This document shows positions 9,407-19,739 of a DNA stretch of 64,000 nucleotides, one piece after another. Source of the stretch: a bacterium (GTDB lineage Bacteria; UBA8248); assembly GCA_965204535.1 (NCBI GenBank), contig OZ241996.1, forward strand, positions 960,001-1,024,000, written 5' to 3'. The notes below the pieces were generated by a model. It had not been told where the DNA came from. It did not search any database and saw only the letters and a program-made list of their open reading frames with translations. Made by a program: the position numbers and the translations under genes. How positions within the stretch are numbered: position 1 is the stretch's first letter; every line of letters begins with the position of its first letter.

Positions 9407-10126
9407 CTAGTCGTCGATGATCGCCACCGCGCGAATGGGGGAGCCCGACATGCCCCGGAACTTGATGGGCAGCACCGAGAGCTTGAACCCGTGGGACTTG
9501 GGAATGAGGTTCAGGTTGATCATGTTCTCGATGTGGCAGTAGTCCTTCTCCAGCATGACCCGGTGGGCCTCCCAGTAGCTGCGCGTCTCGTGCATCTTCC
9601 AGATCGGCACGTCCCAGCCGCTCGCGTCTATCCCCATCACGCGGATGCCGTTGTCGATGAGGTAGTGGGTCGCCTCGGCGCTCATGCCGGGCTGGTTCAT
9701 CGTGTAGTCGGGGTTGGTCTGCCAGTCCACGCTCGCGTCGGTGCGGATGAGCACGATGTCGAGCGGCTTGAGGGTGTAGTCGATCTTGTTAAGCGCGCCT
9801 TCTAAGTCCGCCGCCGTGATGGCGTAGCCCGATTCCCTATCCGTGAAATCGAGGACGACGCCGTCCGAAAGACACCATTCGAGCGGGATGCGCTCGGTCG
9901 TGAAGGCGTCGGGATTGTTGTGCCAGGGGGAATCGATGTGCGTGCCCGTATGGTCGCTCATGAAGATGACGCAGTGGTTCGTCACGATGGGGGCGCCGTA
10001 GTTAATCGAGCCCGTCCGCCTTGCCACGGTGTCCCAGTCTTCATCGACGGTGAGGGAGGGGCCGGGCAGGTCCGGGTAAATCGGCATGTCCCGGTATATT
10101 TCCATGCTCAGATCGATCAATTCCAT
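9407..10126 (-). CDS. Cyclase family metal-dependent amidohydrolase (kynurenine formamidase/isatin hydrolase-like)
   Basis: HTGTHIDSPWH, MGIDA, HIENM, GSPIRAVA. Confidence 0.9.
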   Translation of the reverse strand: MELIDLSMEIYRDMPIYPDLPGPSLTVDEDWDTVARRTGSINYGAPIVTNHCVIFMSDHTGTHIDSPWHNNPDAFTTERIPLEWCLSDGVVLDFTDRESGYAITAADLEGALNKIDYTLKPLDIVLIRTDASVDWQTNPDYTMNQPGMSAEATHYLIDNGIRVMGIDASGWDVPIWKMHETRSYWEAHRVMLEKDYCHIENMINLNLIPKSHGFKLSVLPIKFRGMSGSPIRAVAIIDD

Positions 10127-10274
10127 CTCGGAGGTCTCCTTTTGGACGAAGAAAAGAAACGATCTCCATCTTGGGTGGTCGGTTCATTAGGGGAAGCGTT
10201 TGCAATGCGCGCATTATGTATGAACCCGAAGCGGCGGGCAACGCATCCGGTTTCCTCGCGAACGAGATGCGACG

Positions 10275-10635
10275 GGGGCTGTTGAAAAAGTCCCCCTAAG
10301 GGGTTCTTGCCCCCAATCGAGATTGTTCACCGTCATTCCGGCAATCCCTCCCTCACCGGGTGGAATTGATTGTAGGGGCCGCATATATGCGGCCCGTCGC
10401 TGGAAGGCGAAAAGGTAGGGTCGCGTATACGTCGGACATATATGTCCGACCTACACATCCCCCTCAAGGGTAGCTGTTGAAAAACCTTCATCAATCAAGC
10501 TCGACACGTAGGGGCGGACCTATGTGTCCGCCCAATCGCTCGGACGTAAACACGGAAAACGGGAGCACACACAGTCAGACATATATGTCTGACCCCTACG
10601 CCGAACCACCCAATCCGGGCCTTTTCAACAGCCCC
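10275..10635. mobile_element. MITE-like element with 14-bp TIRs enclosing several GTAG REPs
   Basis: GGGGCTGTTGAAAA at 10275 and TTTTCAACAGCCCC ending at 10635; a third end-like GCTGTTGAAAAA near 10473; REPs inside. Confidence 0.6.
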
Positions 10636-10846
10636 AGAGGGGTCGGATTTGTGGAACCAGGACAAATAACTGGGAAAAGGAATCCACGTTACACGCCGGA
10701 AACATGAAACCTGTATATTTTGAATTTGGGTACGCATGAGGCATACTGGCGGAAAGCGACAAGGATAAATACACCTCGTCTCCCGAGCGGCGGCGCACGG
10801 AGACGGGTTTTCGCATTTTCACACCACACGCGGGGAGTGCGCCTTC

Positions 10847-11788
10847 TTGTCCCTCTTGTTCGACATATCCCTTTTCCAGCTCACGATGCTCATGATGGCC
10901 CCGCTCATCATCGCGTGTCTGGGCGAGACCATCATCGAGCGCTCGGGGATTCTCAACGTCGGCATCGAGGGGGTCGTGACGCTCGGCTCGGTGACGGGCT
11001 TTCTGCTCACCTACTATTCGGGCAGCGCGATCATCGGCTGCATGGTCGCGGCGCTCTCGGGGAGCGTCCTCACGCTGCTCCTGGCGTATTTCTCGATCAC
11101 CCTGCGGGCGAACCAGATCGTCATCGGGCTGGGGATATTCGTCCTGGGGCTGGGGATATCGCCCACCATCTACCGGCTGGCGGTGGGCGTGGTGCAGTCC
11201 ATCCCCCAGGTGCCGACGTTAAAAGAGATACCCATCCCGCTTTTGGGGAGCATCCCCTTTATCGGCGAGATTTTCTTCGCGCAAAACGGACTGGTCTACA
11301 TGTCCTATTTCCTGGTCGCGGCGGTGAGTTTCTTCCTCTTCAAGACGCCGCTGGGTCTGAGGCTGCGCGCCTGCGGGGAGAACCCCCGCGCGGCGGACAC
11401 GGTGGGGATCGACGTCGCCCGCATGCGCTACGGCGCGTGCGCTGTGGGCGGACTCTTCCTGGGCGTCGCGGGCGCATACCTGCCGCTCGTGATCTCGGGC
11501 TCGTTCACGGACAACATCGTGAACGGAAGAGGGTGGCTCGCCCTGATGCTGGTGATATTCGGACGCTGGGTGCCGGTATGGTCGTTCGTCGGCGCGCTGC
11601 TGTTCGCCTACGTGGACGCCTTTCAGTTCAAGGTCAACGCCCTGCCGCAGTTCGCCAAGATCATTCCGCCGCAATTCCTGCTCATGCTGCCGTACGTGTT
11701 CGCCATGATAGTTCTGGTTCAGGTCGCGCGGGGGGCGGAGAGCCCCCGCGCGCTGACGAGGCCATACGACCGTGAAGCCCGGGATTGA
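10847..11788 (+). CDS. Nucleoside/purine-type (CUT2) ABC transporter permease
   Basis: ERSGILNVGIEG, GLRLRACGENPRAADTVGI, GRGWLAL. Confidence 0.9.
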   Translation: MSLLFDISLFQLTMLMMAPLIIACLGETIIERSGILNVGIEGVVTLGSVTGFLLTYYSGSAIIGCMVAALSGSVLTLLLAYFSITLRANQIVIGLGIFVLGLGISPTIYRLAVGVVQSIPQVPTLKEIPIPLLGSIPFIGEIFFAQNGLVYMSYFLVAAVSFFLFKTPLGLRLRACGENPRAADTVGIDVARMRYGACAVGGLFLGVAGAYLPLVISGSFTDNIVNGRGWLALMLVIFGRWVPVWSFVGALLFAYVDAFQFKVNALPQFAKIIPPQFLLMLPYVFAMIVLVQVARGAESPRALTRPYDREARD

Positions 11789-11833
11789 GCCACGTCCGGG
11801 CAACCGTGCTTTCTCATCAAGGAGGAGTGTGAA

Positions 11834-12835
11834 ATGAAAACCAAATGGACACGCCGATTGTTCTTCGCAGCCGCCGCATTCACGGCCCTGGCGCTGGCCG
11901 TACCCGGCCCTGCCCTCGCCGCGAAGGCGCACAAGTTCGCCATCATCCTGCCCGGACCCATCGAGGATGCGGACTACAACTTCCGGGGCTACGAGGTGGC
12001 GCAGGACGTCAAGAAGATGTTCAAGATCGAGACTTCCTACTCCGAGCGCATCTCGCCCGCGGACGCCGAGCGGGTGGCGCGCGAGTACATCTCCTCGGGC
12101 TTCAACATCATCGGCTTCCACGGCGGGCAGTACGTCCGGCTCGTGCAGAAGCTGGCCCCGAAGTTCCCCGAGGTGACGTTCATCATGGAGAGTTCGGCGA
12201 AATTCAAGGTGCCCAAGAACGTCTGGAACATTCACCGCCACTATTTCGAGGCCTTCTATCCCTTCGGCGTGCTGGCCGGCCTCGCCACGAAGACGAACAA
12301 GGTGAGCGTCATCGCGGGAATCCCGCTTCCGGACTTCAAGGCTTCCATCAACACCATCTCGGACGCGCTCAAGGCGACCAACCCCAAGGCGGAGCTCACC
12401 TACTCCTTCACCGGAAACCAGAACGATCCGGTCAAGGCGCGCCAGACCGCCGACGCCATGATCGCGGGCGGCGTCGACTTCATCATCAACATGGTGAACC
12501 TCGGCGTGTACGGCGTGGTCGAGGCCGCCAAGAAGTCGAAGCGCAAGGTGCTGGTCACCACGTTCTACACCGACAAGACGGACAAGGCGCCCAAGCATTT
12601 CGCCGGCACGCTGATCATCGATTTCCGGCCGCCCTACCGCAAGGCCCTGGCGGGAATCCTGAAAGGATCGCCCGGGGGATACGTGCCCATGCGCCCCGGC
12701 GTCGGTTTCGAGATCGAGTCTCTGGGCAACGTGTCGGCCGAGGCCATGAAGCGGACCAAGGAGGCCTATCAAAAGGTGCGTTCCGGGGAGATCAAGCCCC
12801 GGCTGGAGATGAAGAAGGTCATGTTGGCGAAATAA
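11834..12835 (+). CDS. BMP-family ABC transporter substrate-binding protein
   Basis: Signal peptide; LPGPIEDADYN, AGLATKTNKV; AAGGAGG RBS. Confidence 0.88.
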   Translation: MKTKWTRRLFFAAAAFTALALAVPGPALAAKAHKFAIILPGPIEDADYNFRGYEVAQDVKKMFKIETSYSERISPADAERVAREYISSGFNIIGFHGGQYVRLVQKLAPKFPEVTFIMESSAKFKVPKNVWNIHRHYFEAFYPFGVLAGLATKTNKVSVIAGIPLPDFKASINTISDALKATNPKAELTYSFTGNQNDPVKARQTADAMIAGGVDFIINMVNLGVYGVVEAAKKSKRKVLVTTFYTDKTDKAPKHFAGTLIIDFRPPYRKALAGILKGSPGGYVPMRPGVGFEIESLGNVSAEAMKRTKEAYQKVRSGEIKPRLEMKKVMLAK

Positions 12836-12887
12836 CAGCGCGAGCGCCCCGCCCCAATCTTCCGGGCGGGGCGGGGCGTGAGAACGG

Positions 12888-14444
12888 ATGAAAGTGATGA
12901 CGGAAAAAACTGTTTCCTGCGTCGAGATGTACGGCGTCAGCAAGTCCTTCGGGGAAGTCCGCGCCCTAGACGCGGTCGACTTCGAGGCCGCCGAGGGGGA
13001 GATCCACGCCCTCCTGGGCGAGAACGGCGCGGGCAAGACCACGCTCATGAACATCCTGAGCGGCCTCTACCGCATGGACGAGGGCCAGATCGCGATCGAA
13101 GGGCGCGAGGTGGACATCCACTCCCCGCAGGATGCGATCGCGGTCGGCGTCGGGATGGTTCACCAGCACGTGGAGCTGATCGGCAACTTCACCGCGCTCG
13201 AGAACATCCTGCTCGGGCGCGAGGGCTCGCGCTGGCGGCTCGACGTCGAAGCCCGGCGCGGTTCGGTGGAGGAGCTCGCGGCGAATTACGGCCTCTCCAT
13301 TCCGCTCGATGAGGGGGTGAAGAGCCTGCCCGCGGGCATTCAGCAGAAAGTGGAGATTTTGAAAGCCCTCTACCACGGCGCGGACATCCTGATCCTGGAC
13401 GAGCCGACGACCATGCTCACCCCCCACGAGGTGGACGGGCTGTTCTCGATCCTCAAATCCTTCGCCAAGGGCGGGCTGACGGTCGTCTTCATCACGCACA
13501 AGATCCAGGAGGTGCTGGACAACTGCGACAGCATCACCGTGTTCCGGGGCGGGCGGAAGATCGACACCATCCCCCGCGAGGAGGCCACCCGCGAGATACT
13601 CGTCCAGATGATGATGGGCGAGCGCGGGATGCCGCCCGAGGGCGAGCGGCCGGCGGGGCCGTCTGCGGCCATAGAGGGGGGTCCCGCGCTTTCGGTGCGG
13701 GGGGTGCGCACCTCGGCGAAGTGGGGGGTGCCGCTCAGGGACGTCGCCTTCGACGTCCCCCGGGGGCTCATCGTCGGCATGGCGGGCATCTCGGGGAACG
13801 GCCAGAAGGAACTGGCGGAAGCCCTGGCCGGGCTGATCGAAACGGAAGAGGGCGAGGTTCACCTGGACGGTGAGCAAGTATCAAACCTCTCGGTGGCCGG
13901 ACGCATCGCGCGGGGGATGAGCCTCCTGCCGCAGGACAGGATAGAGGAGGGGATTCTGCCGGGCCTGAGCCTGGCCGAGAATTTCGTGCTCGGCCTCCAC
14001 CCCCACATCTTCAGGCGGCGCGGCGTTTTCGAGCGCGAGGCCGCCTTCGAGCTCGGCAGGAACGCCATCGCGGAATTCAACATCCTCGCGCGAAACGAGC
14101 ACGTGCCGGCCGCGCACCTCTCGGGCGGGAACATCCAGAAGACCATCGTGGCGCGCTCGGTCATGCTCGCCCACAAGACGGGCGGGAAGGTGATGATCGC
14201 GAACAACCCCACGCGCGGCCTCGACGTCATGGCCGCCTCGTTCGTGCACGGCCGGCTGCGCGAGCTTCGCGCGGGCGGGGCGGGCGTTTTGCTGATATCG
14301 GAAGACTTGGACGAGCTTTGCCTGATGAGCGACCGCATCGTCGTCATCTATGCGGGGGAGATTCTCGGCGCCTTCGACGGCCCCGAATACGACATCTACC
14401 GGATAGGCGCGCTCATGGCGGGCCAGAGAGATGAGGTGTCCTGA
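12888..14444 (+). CDS. ABC transporter ATP-binding protein, double domain
   Basis: GENGAGKT Walker A, ILDEPT, LSGGNIQK, PTRGLD. Confidence 0.93.
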   Translation: MKVMTEKTVSCVEMYGVSKSFGEVRALDAVDFEAAEGEIHALLGENGAGKTTLMNILSGLYRMDEGQIAIEGREVDIHSPQDAIAVGVGMVHQHVELIGNFTALENILLGREGSRWRLDVEARRGSVEELAANYGLSIPLDEGVKSLPAGIQQKVEILKALYHGADILILDEPTTMLTPHEVDGLFSILKSFAKGGLTVVFITHKIQEVLDNCDSITVFRGGRKIDTIPREEATREILVQMMMGERGMPPEGERPAGPSAAIEGGPALSVRGVRTSAKWGVPLRDVAFDVPRGLIVGMAGISGNGQKELAEALAGLIETEEGEVHLDGEQVSNLSVAGRIARGMSLLPQDRIEEGILPGLSLAENFVLGLHPHIFRRRGVFEREAAFELGRNAIAEFNILARNEHVPAAHLSGGNIQKTIVARSVMLAHKTGGKVMIANNPTRGLDVMAASFVHGRLRELRAGGAGVLLISEDLDELCLMSDRIVVIYAGEILGAFDGPEYDIYRIGALMAGQRDEVS

Positions 14445-15516
14445 GGTGGCGGGCGCGGCAGGCGTGAGCGAGAAGAAAAAGGCGGCGCTTGAGTTCGCCG
14501 TCACCTACGCGGCGGCGGGGGCGCTGGCGCTCGCCTGCGGGGCCGTCTTCATCGTCGCCTTCGGCGGCGACGTGCTCGTGGCGCTCGGCACGGTGCTTCG
14601 CTCCTCGCTCGGCACGTGGGGCGGGTTCGCGCAGACCTTGAACAAGTTCTGCCCGCTCCTGCTCGGCTCGCTCGCGGTCGCCTTCGGGATGCGCGGCGGG
14701 CACTTCAACATCGGCGTGGACGGGCAGATCTACGCGGGCGCCATCGGCATGACGGGCACGGCCTTCGCCCTGGAAGGCATGAACCTCCCCTGGCCGGTCT
14801 TCGTGCCCCTGGGGCTGCTGGGCGGAATCGCCGGCGGGTGGCTGTGGGGCTTCATCCCCGGCATCCTGCGCGTGCGCTTCCAGGTGAGCGAGATTTTCGT
14901 GACGGTCATGCTGAACTTCGTGGCGCTCTACCTCGTGGACTACCTCGCCAACGGCCCCTGGAACGATCCGCTCGCGGGAGAGGCCATCTCGCTCCCGATC
15001 CCCGACGCCTCCGTGCTGCCCCAAGTGATGCCGAGGGCGGGCGCGCACGCGGGCTTCCTCATCGCGCTCGCCGCCGCCGTCGGCATGTACTTCTTCATGA
15101 CGCGCACCATCGCGGGCTACGAGATACGCGCGGTGGGCGACAACCCCCGCGCCGCGCGCTTCGGCGGCATCAACGTCGCGCGCGTCACGCTCATCATCAT
15201 GCCGACCTGCGGCGCGCTCTCGGGCCTCGCGGGCGCCATCGAGGTCTCGGGGTTCCACCAGAGCCTCCTGCTCGGCATCAGCGGGGCGGAGGGCGCGCCC
15301 AACTACGGCGCGATGGCCATCTTGATCGCCGTCATCGGGCGCAACAATCCGCTCGGCGTCACGATAGCCGCCGCCGTGTTCGCCGTGCTCGTCTCGGGCT
15401 CCGACTCCTTACAGCGCAGCATCGGCCTCCCCGGCGCCGCCGTGTTCGTCTTCCAGGCGATCATCGTCCTGACCGTCGTCTTCGTGCAGGCGCGCCGCAG
15501 CGTGCGGGCGGGGTAG
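14431..15516 (+). CDS. Nucleoside/purine-type ABC transporter permease (start may be GTG 14464)
   Basis: FNIGVDGQ, GYEIRAVGDNPRAARFGGI, GRNNPLGV. Confidence 0.9.
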   Translation: MRCPEVAGAAGVSEKKKAALEFAVTYAAAGALALACGAVFIVAFGGDVLVALGTVLRSSLGTWGGFAQTLNKFCPLLLGSLAVAFGMRGGHFNIGVDGQIYAGAIGMTGTAFALEGMNLPWPVFVPLGLLGGIAGGWLWGFIPGILRVRFQVSEIFVTVMLNFVALYLVDYLANGPWNDPLAGEAISLPIPDASVLPQVMPRAGAHAGFLIALAAAVGMYFFMTRTIAGYEIRAVGDNPRAARFGGINVARVTLIIMPTCGALSGLAGAIEVSGFHQSLLLGISGAEGAPNYGAMAILIAVIGRNNPLGVTIAAAVFAVLVSGSDSLQRSIGLPGAAVFVFQAIIVLTVVFVQARRSVRAG

Positions 15517-15544
15517 GGGGGTATTTTTCCGTGGGTTCATGGAT

Positions 15545-16440
15545 TTTGTAGGGGCCGCATATATGCGGCCCTTGTAGAGGGTGAAAAAAACCAGGGTCGC
15601 ATATATGCGACCCCTACACTCCCTTTGGCAAGGTGAAATTGACCGACCGAGGCGCGGGAGTGCGATCGTGATTTTCGTAGGGGTCAGACATATATGTCTG
15701 ACTATGTATCCGCCCGTGCCAAGGCGGGCGTCATGAAACCGGGCGGGCACAGGGGCCCGCCCCTACGGGTGAAACGCGATTGATGCGCGAGGAATTGTAG
15801 GGACAGGGTCGCGACCTGTCCGAGGTCGCTCCCCCCTTGGGGGAATTCCCCACCGACGAAAGAAGGATTCACTCCCCCCTTGAGGGTCGGGCTTCCCGAG
15901 GGGAAAGCCCGACGAGGAAGCCGAGCGGTTTATGCGAAGGCTGAATCGGTGGGGGGACATGCCACAGAAAAAAACTCCCCCCACCGGCGCGACTTCGGGC
16001 TTCGCCCTCGTCTTGCCGTCTGGCTTTCCCCTCGGGAAGCCCGACCCTCAAGGGGGGAGTTTATCCCTCTCTCGTCGGTTGGAAATAACACCGGAATGAC
16101 GAGCAAAACCGCAACGACCGCCCGTAGGGACAGGCCCCCGTGCCTGTCCGAAATCCCATAAAGGCAACCCCCCCTACCCCCCCTTGTCAGGGGGGTAAGA
16201 AAAATCAAAACCCCCTCAGCCCGGTGGTGGGCGACGTCTTTTTATACCCCCTTGGCAGGAAGGCAAGAAAAATCGAAACCCCTCCACCGGCAGGGGCGGA
16301 TCGCCTTTTTATACCCCCCTGACAAGGGGGGGGTAGGGGGGGTTGGTTTTCGTCGAGGGAGGTCGGGGGTTCACGCATCATTGCGGTCTTACGCGGGTCG
16401 CATATATGTCGGACATATATGTCCGACCTACAGAAACCCT
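15545..16440. repeat. Mosaic of palindromic repeats (GTAG REPs, CACTCCCCCCTTGAGG family, CCCCCCTACCCCCCCTTGTCAGGGGGG family)
   Basis: e.g. GTAGGGGCCGCATATATGCGGCCC, GTAGGGGTCAGACATATATGTCTGAC, inverted C-rich pair about 16165-16345. Confidence 0.85.
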
Positions 16441-16494
16441 TCGCGTCACTCCTCCTTGTTATGTATACGCTCGCCAGCCGTATCGAGCGACGCC

Positions 16495-17598
16495 CTACAC
16501 CGCCCTTACGACCGCGGCGACGGGGCCGCCGCCGGGAGGCCCCTGGTGCTCGGCCCCGCCCGAGACGTAGGTCATCGTGTCGCCGACGACCGAAGACACC
16601 ACCGCGTTCACCACCGAGCGCGCGTGGCGCGTGTTGTTGATGTCCGAATCGTCGAGCATCGTGTGCCGCCGCCCGCGCACCAGCCCGTCGGGGGAGGCCT
16701 CGCACTTGGCGAAGACGTTCACGACGCGCCCGCGCTGTGCGGGCGTGAGCGCCCACTCGAACGCGACCCCTGCGTTCACGATGGCCTCGCGCACGGCGTC
16801 GCGGTCGATGGCGTCTTGCATGACGCTGTGGCCGACGACGAGGTCCCCGCCCCAGGCCGCGCTGTTGCCGATGACCATCGCCTCGTTGCACATGAGCTCG
16901 ATTCCCGCCGAAGTCGAGGCGACGCCCGATTGGAGCGACCAGTCCGCACAGATCACCTCATCGCTCAGGGCGCTTTCGGCCACCTCGCCCGCCGCGAGCG
17001 CCACCCCCAGCGCCGACGCCCCGCGCGAGTAGCCCATGGATTTATACGTGTCCTCCGTGCAGACGCTCTCCCCGCGCCTGGCCGCGTCCGCCATGCGCTC
17101 GCCCGTGAGGAGGGGGCACTTCACCTGGACGAAGTGCAGGTCCGCCGCGCTCTCGATCTGCGCCTCATCCATCAGCCTTCGCACGAGGTCCGCCGTCGCG
17201 CGGGCCTGCGCCATGCGGCCCATTTCTTCCGGTAAAAAATCCGCCGTGTGGCCCGAGGCGATGGCGAGGCGCTTGGCGCGCCCGTCGCCCGCGCCGTTCT
17301 CGGACTTCGTGAACACCGAGAAGTGCGGGCACATGACGCCTTCCGTTCCGCCGGACATGATGAGGGCGATCTGCGCCTCCACCTCCTCGCGGCTCTTGCC
17401 CATCAGGCGTGAGAAATAATCGAGCAGGACGAAGTTGCTGAACCCGCGCGAGAAATCGTTCACGCAGCCGTTGCCCTCGGTCTTGCCCATGATGCCGACG
17501 ACGTCCTCCGCCCGGCATTCGCCCCCCTCGATGAGAGCGGCGATCCCTGAGATGTCGTCGGGCGAGTCCATCGCCACGCGGAACAGGTCGGCCTGCAT
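16495..17598 (-). CDS. atzD: Cyclic amide ring-opening hydrolase, cyanuric acid hydrolase (AtzD/TrzD)-type
   Basis: GKTEGNGCVNDFSR, MSGGTEG, VQVKCPLLT, SRGASALG, STSAG, YVSGGAEHQGP. These fit the cyanuric acid hydrolase clade better than barbiturase. True start MQADLF at 17598. Confidence 0.88.
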   Translation of the reverse strand: MQADLFRVAMDSPDDISGIAALIEGGECRAEDVVGIMGKTEGNGCVNDFSRGFSNFVLLDYFSRLMGKSREEVEAQIALIMSGGTEGVMCPHFSVFTKSENGAGDGRAKRLAIASGHTADFLPEEMGRMAQARATADLVRRLMDEAQIESAADLHFVQVKCPLLTGERMADAARRGESVCTEDTYKSMGYSRGASALGVALAAGEVAESALSDEVICADWSLQSGVASTSAGIELMCNEAMVIGNSAAWGGDLVVGHSVMQDAIDRDAVREAIVNAGVAFEWALTPAQRGRVVNVFAKCEASPDGLVRGRRHTMLDDSDINNTRHARSVVNAVVSSVVGDTMTYVSGGAEHQGPPGGGPVAAVVRAV

Positions 17599-17719
17599 CT
17601 TGCGTCCCCCTTTCGCAAAGGCGCGCGCGGGCGCGCTCGCGGATACCGGAATTTTTATGGGGAAAAACGTAGCACCGCAGGGAGCGCCTGTCCAAAGGGC
17701 GTGTATATAAGAGGTGGGG

Positions 17720-18640
17720 TTTTGCGGGGACAGGCCTCCGCCCCTGTCCGGATGAATTCTTTGACGATTGAAACGGGATTCGGGCGGGCACAGGGGCCCG
17801 CCCCTACGGAAACCGACGACGAGCAAAGCCGCAACGACTGCCCGTAGGGACAGGCCCCCGTGCCTGTCCGGGGTCACTCCCCCCTTGAGGGAATTCCCCA
17901 CCGACGAAAGAAGGATTCACTCCCCCCTTGAGGGTTGTTGGCGACTGACGAGAGAGAAAATCACTCCCCCCTTGAGGGGGAGTCGATGAAGCCGAGCGTT
18001 TTATGCGAAGGCTGAATCGGTGGGGGGTAAAATGCGTTTTATCGCCAATCCGAATTTTACCCCCCACCGAATCGCTTTCGGGCTTACGCCCTCAGTTCTT
18101 CGTCTGGCTTCCCCATCGGGAAGCCAGACCCTCAAGGGGGGAGTGAATCCTCTCTGCTGAATTGGGAAAGACCTCAAGGGGGGAGTGATTCATTGTTCTT
18201 CGGGCTTTTTCTTGCCCCCCTGACAAGGGGGGGTAGGGGGGGTTGCCTTTATCCCTGACAAGGGGGTTGGGTTTGTAGGGGCAGGCCTCCGCCCCTGTCC
18301 GGATGAATTCTTTGACGATTGAAACGGGATTCGGGCGGGCACAGGGGCCCGCCCCTACGGAAACCGACGACGAGCAAAGCCGCAACGACTGCCCGTAGGG
18401 ACAGGCCCCCGTGCCTGTCCGGGGTCACTCCCCCCTTGAGGGAATTCCCCACCGACGAAAGAAGGATTCACTCCCCCCTTGAGGGGGAGTCGGTGAGGTA
18501 AGGGCGTAAGCCCGCAAGCGAACCGGTGGGGGGAGATTTTTTCTGTGGCATGTCCCCCCACCGAATCGGCCTTCGCCAAGGCTCGGCCTCTTCGTCTGGC
18601 TTTCCCCTCGGGAAGCCAGACCCTCAAGGGGGGAGTGAAT
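17720..18640. repeat. Repeat mosaic with a ~204-bp direct duplication (17731-17934 = 18282-18485)
   Basis: Same sequence CAGGCCTCCGCCCCTGTCCGGATGAATTC...CTCCCCCCTTGAGGG occurs twice. Confidence 0.88.
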
Positions 18641-18668
18641 GCCTCTCACACGGCCCATCCTTCACCCC

Positions 18669-19628
18669 TCATTTATATATAAACGTCCCCTTCTCCCCGC
18701 GCAGGGCGGGGAGGGCGTCTTCGAGCGCGGCGATGTGCACCCGCTCGCCGCCGCCTTCGAGAAAGCGGATAGCCGCCTCTATCTTGGGGCCCATGCTGCC
18801 GGGCGGGAAATGGCCCTGGGCGTGGTATCCCTTTATCTCGTCGAGCGACACGCGCTCAAGCTCGCGCTGCGCGGGCGTCCCGAAGTGGACGGCCACCCTC
18901 GGCACGGCGGTCAGGATCATCATCGTCTCGATCCCCAGGACGTTCGCCATGAGTGCGGAGGTCAAATCCTTATCGATCACGGCGGCCAGCCCGCGCCGCG
19001 CGCCGTCCGCTTCCCGCACGACGGGGATGCCCCCGCCGCCGCCCGCGATGACCACCGCTCCGCTCCTGGCGATCGTCTCGATGAGCGAGATGTCCACGAT
19101 GTGTTTGGGCTTTGGCGAGGGAACGACGTGCCGCCAGCCGCGTCCGGCGTCCTCGCGGAACGTCCAGCCCATCTCGCGCTCATAGCGCCTCGCTTCTTCT
19201 TCCGTGTAGGTGTAGCCCACGAACTTGGTCGGCGCGTCGAACGCCGGGTCCGCCGGGTCGACCTCCACCTGCGTCAGGAGGCACACCACGTGGCGCGGGT
19301 CGCCCGCGCGTCTTAACGCGTTCTCGAACGCCTGCATCAGGAGGTAGGCGATGCCCCCCTGGCTGTGGGCGACGCAGATGTCGAGCGTCATGGGCGTCAC
19401 CTGCTCGCTCGATACCGCCTGGCGCATGAGTATCTTGCCCACCACGGGGCCGTTGCCGTGCGTGATGACGAGTTCGTTTTCGAGTCGTAAGAGCGGGAGC
19501 AGGGCGCGGCCGGTCGCGGCGGCGATGGCGGCCTGTTCCGCCGCGGTGCCGCGTATCTCGGGCGGGTGGGTCGCGTTGCCGCCGACGGCGACGAGCAGGC
19601 GCCGGGGAAGATCGGGCGGGGGAGCCAT
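18669..19628 (-). CDS. arcC: Carbamate kinase
   Basis: VAVGGNA, THGNGPVVG, SQGGIAY, PTKFVG, VVPSPKP, GGGGIPV, VIDKD, GSMGPK. Confidence 0.93.
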   Translation of the reverse strand: MAPPPDLPRRLLVAVGGNATHPPEIRGTAAEQAAIAAATGRALLPLLRLENELVITHGNGPVVGKILMRQAVSSEQVTPMTLDICVAHSQGGIAYLLMQAFENALRRAGDPRHVVCLLTQVEVDPADPAFDAPTKFVGYTYTEEEARRYEREMGWTFREDAGRGWRHVVPSPKPKHIVDISLIETIARSGAVVIAGGGGGIPVVREADGARRGLAAVIDKDLTSALMANVLGIETMMILTAVPRVAVHFGTPAQRELERVSLDEIKGYHAQGHFPPGSMGPKIEAAIRFLEGGGERVHIAALEDALPALRGEKGTFIYK

Positions 19629-19739
19629 GTCGGATTCTCCCGATGAACCCCCGACGACGGGACGCGGTGGCATACAATCCACGTAAGAGACCCGCGGTCC
19701 GCGCCCCGGGCCGGGAGTGACATCTTACAACATACGGGC

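Noticed and set aside
15540-16490. Short ORFs in repeat mosaics (also 17.7-18.6, 19.7-20.4 and 24.8-25.7 kb)
   Set aside because: They are translations of REP and C-rich palindromes (VGTGPRAC, PPLPPL) without coding signals.
17599-17901. N-terminal extension of atzD
   Set aside because: Translated repeat sequence; the family start and an RBS are at 17598.
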